A stretch of 64,000 bases of DNA from Squalus acanthias (GCA_030390025.1 CM059438.1:53818001-53882000), one strand, 5' to 3'. Shown: positions 1 to 11,100, numbered from the stretch's first letter. The notes: generated by a model from the letters alone, not told the origin. Translations and numbers: made by a program.

Positions 1-613
1 ATCTATCTCAGCCTTGAATATACTCAACAACTGAGCATCCACAGCCTTCTGGGGCAGAGAATTCCAAAGATTCACAACCCTCTGAGTGAAAAAATTCCTC
101 CTCATCTCAGTCTCAAATGGCCGACCCCTTATCCTGAGACTGTAACCCCTGGTTCTAGACTCTCCAGCCAGGGGAAACAACCTCAGCATCTATTCTGTCA
201 ATCCCCCTCAGAATCTTATATGTTTCAATGTGATCACCTCTCATTCTTCTAAACTCCAGAGAGTATAGACCCATTCTACTCAATCTCTCCTCATAGGACA
301 GCCCTCTCATCCCAGGAATCAATCTAGTGAACCTTCGTTGCACCCCCTCTAAGGCAAGTATATCCTTCCTTAAATAAGGAGATCAAAACTGTGCACAGTA
401 CTCCAGGTGTGGTCTCACCAGAAGCCCTGTACAATTGTAGTAACACATCCTTACTCTTGTACTCCAACCCCCTTGCAATAAAGGCCAACATACCATTTGC
501 CTTCCTAATTGCTTGCTGTACCTGCATGCTAACTTTCTGTGTTTCTTGCACGAGAACACCCAAATCTCTCTGAGCACCAACATTTAATAGTTTCTCACCA
601 TTTAAAAAATATT

Positions 614-1369
614 GGGGGAAAAATTCAGCTGCTTGCGCCTCCCGTTAGCGCCTTAAGAGGGCGCTAATGGGGCGTAAAGCAGCTAACGCCCGGGCGCAGC
701 GCCGCCCACGCCTCCCGAAAAATTCAGCGGGAGGTTAGCGGCGGCGGCAGCCGGTAGCGCCCTGTGGCGCTGCGCCGCCGGCGATGACGTCATCGCCGTG
801 CGCAGCACCCCACTCGCGCCCCGGCCGTGATCTTCAGTCGCGCCCCCTGATTTACCGCCAGACGCTATGTCCGACGGGTTCAGGGAGGCGTACGTGCGGC
901 CGGGGCGGCGATATTTAAAGGGGAGGTGGCAGGCGGCCATTTTTGTTGCTGGCCGCCTGCCAGCACCTGCCCCCGTTGCTGTCCCCGGCCCCCGTGAAGC
1001 CCCCCCACCGTGAAGTGCCAGCTGCGCGCCAAGAGCCCGGCACTTCTCTTGAGTGCCGGGCTCTTTTGCCGGCACTCCCGATCCCTGGGGGCCCAGCTGG
1101 GCCCCGGTTCGCGCTGCGCAGGGTCCCTCCCCTTTAAGAAGGGGAGGAAGGCCTGCAATACCGCGGCGCCGCACTGCGGCACGTAGCGCCAGGATATTCA
1201 CTCGCAGCGCCCCAAGAGGGATGCGGGGTGCTTCCAGTGGCGCCCCGCTTCCCTCTTGGGGCGCAACCACTGAAGTTCCGGCGCGGGGCCGCTAATTTTT
1301 TCGGGGCGCTAAAAGTCGCGCCCCGGCGAGGTTAGCGCCCCAAATGGGGCGCGACTCAATTTTTACCCC
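614..1369. mobile_element. GC-rich non-autonomous DNA transposon (MITE A, PIF/Harbinger-like), 756 bp
   Basis: TIRs GGGGGAAAAATTCAG (from 614) and GGGGTAAAAATTGAG (reverse complement, ending 1369). 3-bp TSD ATT at 611-613 and 1370-1372. Interrupts the CR1 cleanly. Superfamily inferred from the 3-bp TSD and short GG-starting TIR. Confidence 0.88.
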
Positions 1370-1504
1370 ATTCTGTTTTTCTATTCTTCCTACCAAAGTG
1401 AATAACCTCACATTTCTCCACATTATACTCCATCTGTCACCTTATTGCCCAATCACTTAACCTGTCTATATCCCTTTACAGGCTCTTTGTATCCTCTTCA
1501 CAGA

Positions 1505-1912
1505 TTACTTTCCCACCTTTGTATCGTCAGCAAACTTGGATACATTACACTCGGTCCCGTCATCTAAGTCATTAATGTAGATTGTAAATAGCTGAGGCCC
1601 AAGCACTGATCCTTGCGGCAGCCCACTAGTTACAGCCTGCCAACCTGAAAAAGATCCATTTATCCCTACTCTCTGTTTTCTGTCCATTAACCAATCCTCA
1701 ATCCATGCTAATATATTACCCCCAACCCCATGGGCCCTTATCTTGCGTAGCAACCCTTTATGAGCTACCTTATCGAATGACTTTTGGAAATCCAAATATA
1801 CCACTGGTTCCCCTTTATCTATCCTGCTAGTTACATCCTCAAAAAACTCTAATAAATTTGTCAAACACAATTTCCCTTTCAGAAAACCATGTTAACTCTG
1901 CCCAATAATATT
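1505..1912 (-). pseudogene. CR1 reverse transcriptase core remnant
   Basis: [49 protein letters not shown], with an upstream in-frame TAA (GQS*HGF) and a frameshift after FADDTK. Confidence 0.9.
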
Positions 1913-2656
1913 GGCCCAAAAATTCGTGAGTGAGCCTTCGTGCGAGGGTAAGGCCTTCCCGCGATCTCTCACTGCGCGCTGGCTTTTTCAGTCCGAGCTC
2001 GCACGAACTTGATGTTCTGGACAGCAGCTGTGCAGGGCTTTCGTATCCCACAGGCGTAGTTAATTCGTGCGAGCTGTGGGATCACGTGACTCAGTTAGAG
2101 CCAATGGCAGCACACCATCTTTCATTCATAGCTTTCACAGCACGGCTGTGAAAGCTATGAATACTATACCCCCCCAAAAGAACAGCTAAACCTCAATTAC
2201 ATTTTTTTTAAAAACCATCACATTAATAAAATAAGTATAGTTAAATAAATTAACCATTTTAAACAAAAAATTAAATTTTTGAAAAAATTTAAAATCTTTT
2301 AAAAAGTTATAAAAATAAACTTACCTGTCTTTAAAGTCTCTAAAAAAGATATACCTGTTAAAAAAAATTCAAAATAATACTTAATTAAGTACTTACCTTG
2401 TTAAAAGAGGGTCTTACACCTCCTTTCTTTATGTCTAAAATCTTCCATGCTTACCTGCGCGTTCAAAGCACTAAGTGCACTGCGTGCGCGCAGCCTGTAG
2501 CGCGCACGCGGTTCACCTAGGAACCGCCCCCTTTTGAATTCACCAAGTGCCGGTTTTCAGCGCATGCGCAGTGCATGCAGAAAACCGGCAATTGGAGACA
2601 GAATACGCGAGAGTACACAGTGCGTACTCTCGCGTAGCGGCACTAATTTTTGGGCC
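1913..2656. mobile_element. Non-autonomous DNA transposon (MITE B, PIF/Harbinger-like), 744 bp
   Basis: Perfect 12-bp TIR GGCCCAAAAATT (1913-1924; 2645-2656), 15/16 when extended. TSD ATT at 1910-1912 and 2657-2659. AT-rich core with GC-rich ends. Interrupts the CR1 cleanly. Confidence 0.9.
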
Positions 2657-3422
2657 ATTATGATTTTCTAAATGCCCCGTTACCACTTCCTTAACAATGG
2701 ATTCCAGCATTTTCCCGATGACTGATGTCAGGCTAACTGGCCTGTAGTTCCGGTTTTCTCTCTCCCTCCTTTCTTAAATAGCGGGGTTACATTTGCTACC
2801 TTCCAATTTGCTGGGACCATTCTAGAATCTAGGGAATTTTGGAAGATCACAACCAATGCATCCACTATCGCTGCAGCCACCTCTTTTAGAACCCTAGGAT
2901 GTAGGCCATCAGGTCCAGGGGATTTGTCGGCTTTTAGTCCCATTAGTTTCTCAAGTACTTTTTCTCTACTGATATTAATTACTTTAAGTTCTTCACTCTT
3001 ATTAGTCCCTTTGTTCCCCACTATTTTTGTTATGCTATTTGTGTCTTCTACTATGAAGACAGATACAAAATATTTGTTTAAAGTCTCTGCCATTTCTTTA
3101 TTCCCCATTATAATTTCTCCTGTCTCAGCCTCTAAGGGACCAACACTTACATTTACTCTCTTCCTTTTTACATACTTGTGGAAGCTCTTACAATCTGTTT
3201 TTATGTTTCTTGCTAGTTAACTCTCATGTTCTATTTTGTTCCTTTTTATCCATTTTTTGGTCATCCTATGCAGGTTTCTGAAGCTCTCCCAATCCTCAGG
3301 CTTACTACTATTCTTCGCAACATTATAAGCCTCTTCTTTTAATCTAATACTATCCTTAACTTCTTTAGTTAGCCACGGAGGGATCACTTTTCCCGTGGAG
3401 TTTTAATTTCTCAATGGAATGT

Positions 3423-4969
3423 TCATCCTCCACGGAGCCACTGCCAGTCCCCCGGGACGGCGCCTCAGCATTCCTAGCCAACTGTTGAGGACAGATGCTG
3501 GACTGCTGAGACACCCTGCAAGCCCCTTTCCACACTTGTAAACTCAGCCACGATGACAGCAGTCTGAGCTTCCACTGTGCACTCTGATGTTGGGTGGCTT
3601 GTGCTTGTGCTGCAATGGAAGCGGAGACATCACCCATCACACGCTGCATCATGGTTGGGTCCCCACGTGTGCTAATGGATCTGCCCACCCTTCCAGGCTG
3701 GAAAGGATGGACTCCAAGCTCTGAGCAAAGCCCTGTGCGAGGTTGGAGCCCGACTCCTCCATGCTCCTTGACATTGCACTCTTGCTTTCTGGCAGGCCTG
3801 CCAATACACCAAGCATTTTGTTGGGCATACCCATCGGTGTTCTTCTGTAGCCTGCCCCATCGAAGTCCTCATCTGAGTCCTTTGCAGCAGATCTCATGTG
3901 CGATCTCGCCCTCCGGGGAGCTGACACCTGTGCTACCCTTTCCCCTGTCCTGGCTGTAGCCCACTTGTGCCCGGTGACTCATCATGTGCAGATCCCACCT
4001 CTAAACTACCCTCTAAACTCCGCGCAGTGTCAGTATCTGAGCTGGTGGCTGCGAGTGTCAGATCGAGGACGGTGTTTCTTATTCTTCATCACTCTCCTCT
4101 CCCTCTTCTTGTACAACCACTGACTGGACAGTTTGGATTTCTTGGGTATCTGAAATGAGGAAGGCACAAGGGTCGGGTTGTGGTGAGGGGAGGGGAGGTA
4201 AAGCAAGAGGTGCATGCTTTCTCCGTGTGCAGATTGTAAATCAGAAGAGATTGTGGGATGAGGGGGAAGTGGGAATTGAGAAGGAGGATAACCTATGAGG
4301 ATATTGTCATCTTGTACTCTTTCCGCCCCGCCGCTGGCCAAGGGCTGAGCCATGCCCCTCCCAAGAATGGCCAGCGCCGTCTCCTCCATGGGGGTGAGGT
4401 GATGCAGGCAGGCCTGTCCCCCGCCGATTAGGTTCTGCTGGCGCTGGTTGTGAGCCACCTTTTCCTGCAAGAGAGAGGGATGTGTGTGTCAGTGAGTGCG
4501 GTGAATGTGTTTGGGTGATGTGCCTGTCGTGGTTGAATAGCTGGCAGTGTGTGCAAGCTGTGAGATGTGGGTGTGAGGCTTGGAGCAGTGCTAAGTGTGT
4601 GAGGGTGAGGTGAAGCTGTGATTGTGAGGTATGAGTGGTGATTGCTAGAGATTGTTAGTAGGTGAGTGATGGGGTCTTGTGCATTGAGCAGTGTGTGAGG
4701 CTAGTGGTGCAGTTTGTGGGATATGGCATTTGAAGATGAATTCAGTGTGAGGTTATTAAACTTCTTCCTGCACTGTGTCCAAATCCTCAGGGCAACACCG
4801 CTGGCATTCACCACAGTGACTATCTGCTCCCACTGCACTGTTGCCTGGAGGGCCTCCTGGCCCCCTGTGGAAAGAGATCCTCTCTCCTCGAGTCGACCTC
4901 CTGCACCAAGGCCTCCAGTACTGCATCCGAGAACATTGGTGCACGCACTCTCCTCTGTTGTGCCATCAT
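3423..4969 (-). pseudogene. Decayed Myb/SANT-like (Myb_DNA-bind_5-type) gene of a PIF/Harbinger transposon, with intron remnants
   Basis: From ATG at 4969/4966: MAQQRRVRAPMFSDAVLEALVQEVDSRREDLFPQGARRPSRQ / (frameshift) QWEQIVTVVNASGVALRIWTQCRKKFNNLT. Acceptor ttgcag before 4464 gives EKVAHNQRQQNLIGGG..LTPMEETALAILG. Acceptor tttcag before 4149 gives an acidic/low-complexity exon with stops and frameshifts. Typical of the Harbinger second ORF. Confidence 0.8.
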
Positions 4970-5215
4970 TAATAGATTTTTACCACCCTCTATCCCAGCC
5001 AGTTCAATGATCTGCTGCAGGCAGAATGCAACTCCTCTTTAACAGGTGCAGACTGCATTTAAGTTGTGCAGGCCAGCTTTAATTAGCGCTAGTCTCACAC
5101 AAACTTAAGCCCCTGCAATCATAATAATCAGCAGGCAGCACGAAGTTCGCCTGCTGCCTCCAATCTTCCGAACGGGCGTGGGTTGCTAACGTGTTTCATT
5201 AACACTTTACATACC
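3423..5215 (-). mobile_element. Truncated Harbinger transposon remnant (no TIR or transposase ORF seen)
   Basis: Carries the Myb/SANT gene plus upstream sequence. Bounded by the CR1 5' truncation point and by the 16-bp minisatellite. Boundaries approximate. Confidence 0.6.
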
Positions 5216-7070
5216 TGTGACCCCAGCCCAGCCCAGTGTGTCCCCAACCCAGTGTGTCCCGAGCCCAGCGTGACGCCAGCCCAGTGTGTCCCGAGCCCAG
5301 TGTGACCCCAGCCCAGTGTGTCCCCAGCCCAGCGTGACCCCAGCCCAGTGTGACCCCAGCCCAGTGTGACCCCAGCCCAGTGTGTCCCGAGCCCAGTGTG
5401 TCCCCAGCCCAGTGTGTCCCGAGCCCAGTGTGACCCCAGCCCAGTGTGTCCCGAGCCCAGTCTGTCCCCAGCCCAGTGTGACCCCAGCCCAGTCTGTCTC
5501 CAGCCCAGCCCAGTGTGTCCCCAGCCCAGTGTGTCCCCAGCCCAGTGTGACCCCAGCCCAGTGTGACCCGAGCCCAGTGTGTCCCCAGCCCAGTGTGTCC
5601 CCAGCCCAGTGTGACCCCAGCCCAGTGTGACCCCAGCCCAGTGTGTCCCGAGCCCAGTCTGTCCCCAGCCCAGTGTGACCCCAGCCCAGTGTGACCCCAG
5701 CCCAGTGTGTCCCGAGCCCAGTCTGTCCCCAGCCCAGTGTGACCCCAGCCCAGCCCAGTGTGATCCCAGCCCAGTGTGACCCCAGCCCAGTGTGACCCCA
5801 GCCCTGTCTGTCCCCAGCCCAGTGTGACCCCAGCCCAGTGTGACCCCAGCCCAGCCCAGTGTGATCCCAGCCCAGTGTGACCCCAGCCCAGTCTGTCCCC
5901 AGCCCAGTGTGACCCCAGCCCAGCCCAGTCTGTCCCCAGCCCAGTGTGACCCCAGCCCAGTGTGTCCCCAGCCCAGTGTGACCCCAGCCCAGTGTGTCCC
6001 CAGCCCAGTGTGTCTCGAGCCCAGTGTGACCCCAGCCCAGTGTGACCCCAGCCCTGTCTGTCCCCAGCCCAGTGTGACCCCAGCCCAGTGTGACCCCAGC
6101 CCAGCCCAGTGTGATCCCAGCCCAGTGTGACCCCAGCCCAGTCTGTCCCCAGCCCAGTGTGACCCCAGCCCAGCCCAGTCTGTCCCCAGCCCAGTGTGAC
6201 CCCAGCCCAGTGTGTCCCCAGCCCAGTGTGACCCCAGCCCAGTGTGTCCCCAGCCCAGTGTGTCTCGAGCCCAGTGTGACCCCAGCCCAGTGTGACCCGA
6301 GCCCAGTGTGACCCCAGCCCAGTGTGTCTCGAGCCCAGTGTGACCCCAGCCCAGTGTGACCCCAGCCCAGTGTGACCCCAGCCCAGTGTGTCCCGAGCCC
6401 AGTGTGTCCCCAGCCCAGTGTGACCCTAGCCCAGTGTGACCCGAGCCCAGTGTGACCCCAGCCCAGTGTGTCTCGAGCCCAGTGTGACCCCAGCCCAGTG
6501 TGTCCCGAGCCCAGTGTGACCCCAGCCCAGTGTGTCCCGAGCCCAGTGTGACCCCAGCCCAGTGTGTCCCGAGCCCAGTGTGACCTGAGCCCAGTGTGAC
6601 CCGAGCCCAGTGTGACCCCAGCCCAGCGTGACCCCAGCCCAGTGTGTCTCGAGCCCAGTGTGACCCGAGCCCAGTGTGTCCCGAGCCCAGTGTGACCCCA
6701 GCCCAGTGTGTCTCGAGCCCAGTGTGACCCCAGCCTAGTGTGTCCCGAGCCCAGTGTGACCCCAGCCCAGTGTGTCCCGAGCCCAGTGTGTCCCGAGCCC
6801 AGTGTGACCCCAGCCCAGTGTGACCCCAGCCCAGTGTGTCTCGAGCCCAGTGTGACCCCAGCCCAGTGTGTCCCGAGCCCAGTGTGACCCCAGCCCAGTG
6901 TGACCCCAGCCCAGTGTGTCCCCAGCCCAGTGTGTCCCCAGCCCAGTGTGTCTCCAGCCCAGTGTGTCTCCAGCCCAGTGTGACCCCAGCCCAGTCTGTT
7001 CCCAGCCCAGTGTGTCTCGAGCCCAGTGTGTCTCGAGCCCAGTGTGTCTCGAGCCCAGTGTGTCCCGAGC
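5216..7070. repeat. 16-bp minisatellite, consensus AGCCCAGTGTG(A/T)CCC(C/G), ~115 copies
   Basis: Directly visible tandem unit. The translation period of 16 aa (3 units) confirms a 16-nt unit. Occasional extra AGCCC pentamers. Confidence 0.97.
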
Positions 7071-7176
7071 ATCTCTCTCCAGATGTCCCAGGTATGTAAC
7101 TAGTGATCAAGTGTTCAGATTACACATACTGCTTTGTCACTGATACCCTAATGCTCCATATGTTTTAACTGACTTT

Positions 7177-7898
7177 GGACCAGATTTTGCTGAACAATGA
7201 ATGGTGTGTGAACAACGCACATTATTATTAATGTGCAAAACGTCCAGCAACTTGTAGCGAGGAAGAGAGACCCCGTGAATTGCGAATTTGCGCCGCAACT
7301 TCGTTAGCTTCACGAAAACGGCACCTCGCCCTCAACCTCCCAGTGATTCTCATGATATGCTGCACTTGCACATTAACGGCCCATTAAACTCGCCACAGAA
7401 TGTTAAGTCTTGTATTTAGCAGCATAAGTACCCTTTTAACGATGTGATAACTGTTAACGACTGCCAATCAACCTCTCTGGCCCAGAAAGGGAACAATTAA
7501 AAGTGTGGAGTTTCATTTCCTCAGACTGTGAATTGTTTTTGGAAATTTTAATAAAAATGTAAATTTTAAATTTCCTTCCTCTTTTATCTCGCTCTCTTAA
7601 TCCAATATTTCTTTCCCTCTCTTTATTTCTATTTCTGTATCTGATTTGACATTGAATTCACCCACTCGAATTCACCATCCTTCTCAGTCCTGCCTCTGTT
7701 TATTTCTCAATCCTTTAATCTCATTGGTTAAGGAGATACCCTGTTTGTCCCGTTGTTCACTAAGTTTCAGATGCCCTGTTTCCTCGTTGCGCCATTATCA
7801 GCTCGCACTTCCAGCATCTTACAGGGCAAAAAATGTTAAAACCTAAACGTGCAGGAACCAAAACGTGCAAGATACCCCACTCCAGCAAAATCTGGCCC
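7177..7898. mobile_element. Non-autonomous DNA transposon (MITE C, PIF/Harbinger-like), ~722 bp
   Basis: TIRs GGACCAGATTTTGCTG (7177-7192) and GGGCCAGATTTTGCTG (reverse complement, 7883-7898), 15/16 match. The flanks (TTT / AAT) do not give a clean TSD. Confidence 0.75.
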
Positions 7899-7911
7899 AA
7901 TGCTTCAAACA

Positions 7912-7935
7912 CCTGACTCTATTCTGTGCTTTCAG
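7912..7935 (+). promoter_or_regulatory. Branch point (CCTGAC, A at 7916), polypyrimidine tract and 3' splice acceptor
   Basis: cctgActctattctgtgctttcAG; the branch A lies 20 nt upstream of the exon. Confidence 0.75.
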
Positions 7936-8113
7936 TGCGCAAGTCAAAGGCTGCTGATGAAGACCGGACTCGCAAGGCGCGTCGGGCCCGGGATGAATAT
8001 CATCGGCAATCTCTTCGTGCCATTGAAAAAGGAAAGGTAGCTGGGCTCAGCACACTCTTCCAGAACATCAGCATCAACAACTTCGAGGAGGAAAAGTCCG
8101 CCATCGCCAGCAG
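7936..8113 (+). CDS. SH2D4B: Internal coding exon (178 bp, phase 1 to phase 2) of SH2 domain-containing protein 4B
   Basis: Flanked by tttcAG and GTcagt. Encodes (L)RKSKAADEDRTRKARRARDEYHRQSLRAIEKGKVAGLSTLFQNISINNFEEEKSAIAS(R). This matches from memory the SH2D4A/B segment LR.SKAADE, and the SH2D4B-type RARDEY..SLRAIQKG.VAGLSSMF upstream of the SH2 domain. Not database-verified. Confidence 0.85.
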
Positions 8114-8115
8114 GT

Positions 8116-11100
8116 CAGTGTCACAGCTCACTGCACGGACTCCACTGTCACAGCTCACTGCACGGACTCCACTGTCACAGCTCACTGCACAGACTCCACT
8201 GTCACAGCTCACTGCACGGACTCCACTGTCACAGCTCACTGCATGGACTCCACTGTCACAGCTCACTGCACGGACTCCACTGTCACAGCTCACTGCACAG
8301 ACTCCACTGTCACAGCTCACTGCACGGACTCCACTGTCACAGCTCACTGCACAGCTCACTGCACGGACTCCACTGTCACAGCTCACTGCACGGACTCCAC
8401 TGTCACACAGCTCACTGCACAGACTCCACTGTCACACAGCTCACTGCACAGACTCCACTGTCACACAGCTCACTGCACAGACTCCACTGTCACAGCTCAC
8501 TGTATGGACTCCACTGTCACACAGCTCACTGCACGGACTCCACTGTCACACAGCTCACTGCACAGACTCCACTGTCACACAGCTCACTGCACGGACTCCA
8601 CTGTCACAGCGCACTGTATGGACTCCACTGTCACACAGCTCACTGCACAGACTCCACTGTCACAGCTCACTGCACGGACTCCACTGTCACACAGCTCACT
8701 GCACGGACTCCACTGTCACAGCTCACTGCACGGACTCCACTGTCACAGCTCACTGCACGGACTCCACTGTCACAGCCCACTGCACGGACTCCACTGTCAC
8801 AGCTCACTGCACGGACTCCACTGTCACACAGCTCACTGCACGGACTCCACTGTCACAGCTCACTGCACAGTCTCCACTGTCACAGCTCACTGCACGGACT
8901 CCACTGTCACAGCTCACTGCACAGTCTCCACTGTCACAGCTCACTGCACAGACTCCACTGTCACAGCTCACTGCACAGTCTCCACTGTCACAGCTCACTG
9001 CACGGACTCCACTGTCACACAGCTCACTGCACGGACTCCACTGTCACACAGCTCACTGCACGGACTCCACTGTCACACAGCTCACTGCACGGACTCCACT
9101 GTCACAGCTCACTGCACAGACTCCACTGTCACAGCTCACTGCACGGACTCCACTGTCACACAGCTCACTGCACGGACTCCACTGTCACAGCTCACTGCAC
9201 GGACTCCACTGTCACAGCTCACTGCACGGACTCCACTGTCACACAGCTCACTGCACGGACTCCACTGTCACAGCTCACTGCACGGACTCCACTGTGACAG
9301 CTCACTGCACAGACTCCACTGTCACAGCTCACTGCACGGACTCCACTGTCACAGCTCACTGCACAGTCTCCACTGTCACAGCTCACTGCACGGTCTCCAC
9401 TGTCACAGCTCACTGCACGGTCTCCACTGTCACAGCTCACTGCACGGTCTCCACTGTCACAGCTCACTGCACGGTCTCCACTGTCACAGCTCACTGCACG
9501 GACTCCACTGTCACAGCTCACTGCACGGTCTCCACTGTCACACAGCTCACTGCACGGACTCCACTGTCACACAGCTCACTGCACGGACTCCACTGTCACA
9601 CAGCTCACTGCACGGACTCCACTGTCACAGCTCACTGCACGGACTCCACTGTCACAGCTCACTGCACGGACTCCACTGTCACAGAGCTCACTGCACAGAC
9701 TCCACTGTCACACAGCTCACTGCACAGACTCCACTGTCACAGCTCACTGCACAGACTCCACTGTTACACAGCTCACTGCACGGACTCCACTGTCACAGCT
9801 CACTGCACGGACTCCACTGTCACAGAGCTCACTGCACAGACTCCACTGTCACACAGCTCACTGCACGGACTCCACTGTCACACAGCTCCCTGCACGGACT
9901 CCACTGTCACACAGCTCACTGCACGGACTCCACTGTCACAGCTCACTGCACGGACTCCACTGTCACAGCTCACTGCACAGACTCCACTGTCACAGCTCAC
10001 TGCACAGTCTCCACTGTCACAGCTCACTGCACAGTCTCCACTGTCACAGCTCACTGCACAGTCTCCACTGTCACAGCTCCGTGCACGGACTCCACTGTCA
10101 CACAGCTCACTGCACAGTCTCCACTGTCTATCTCACTGCACGGACTCCACTGTCACAGCTCACTGCACAGTCTCCACTGTCTATCTCACTGCACGGACTC
10201 CACTGTCACAGCTCACTGCACAGTCTCCACTGTCACAGCTCACTGCACGAACTCCACTGTCACAGCTCACTGCACGGACTCCACTGTCACAGCTCACTGC
10301 ACGGACTCCACTGTCACAGCTCACTGCACAGTCTCCACTGTCACAGCTCACTGCACAGTCTCCACTGTCACAGCTCACTGCACAGTCTCCACTGTCTATC
10401 TCACTGCACGGACTCCACTGTCACAGCTCACTGCACAGTCTCCACTGTCACAGCTCACTGCACAGTCTCCACTGTCACAGCTCACTGCACAGTCTCCACT
10501 GTCTATCTCACTGCACGGACTCCACTGTCACAGCTCACTGCACGGACTCCACTGTCACAGCTCACTGCACAGTCTCCACTGTCACAGCTCACTGCACGGA
10601 CTCCACTGTCACAGCTCACTGCACAGTCTCCACTGTCACAGCTCACTGCACGGACTCCACTGTCACAGCTCACTGCACAGTCTCCACTGTCACAGCTCAC
10701 TGCACGGACTCCACTGTCACAGCTCACTGCACAGTCTCCACTGTCACAGCTCACTGCACGGACTCCACTGTCACAGCTCACTGCACAGTCTCCACTGTCA
10801 CAGCTCACTGCACGGACTCCACTGTCACACAGCTCACTGCACAGTCTCCACTGTCACAGCTCACTGCACGGACTCCACTGTCACAGCTCACTGCACGGAC
10901 TCCACTGTCACACAGCTCACTGCACGAACTCCACTGTCACACAGCTCACTGCACGGACTCCACTGTCACAGCTCACTGTATGGACTCCACTGTCACAGCT
11001 CACTCCACGGACTCCACTGTCACAGCTCACTGCACAGACTCCACTGTCACAGCTCACTGTATGGACTCCACTGTCACAGCTCACTGCACGAACTCTACTG

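Larger units (their letters stand above)
1..3422 (-). mobile_element. Decayed, 5'-truncated CR1-clade LINE (3' half of ORF2 including RT), split into three pieces (1-613, 1370-1912, 2657-3422) by two MITEs
   Basis: Minus-strand translations give CR1 ORF2 peptides: [105 protein letters not shown]. Removing each MITE plus one ATT restores contiguous LINE sequence. Frameshifts and stops are present. The 3' end runs off the left edge. Confidence 0.95.

Noticed and set aside
683..1295. 195-aa and other ORFs in the GC-rich segment
   Set aside because: They lie inside MITE A, are GC-driven open frames and show no recognisable domain.
3393..3435. 8-bp inverted repeat (CCGTGGAG/CTCCACGG) straddling the CR1/Harbinger junction
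   Set aside because: Short, each arm appears to be native to its own element, and it does not lie at the exact breakpoint; probably chance.
5128..7143. 660-aa and 621-aa Gly/Trp/His-rich ORFs
   Set aside because: Translation of a 16-bp (non-triplet) minisatellite, with the same peptide in multiple frames.
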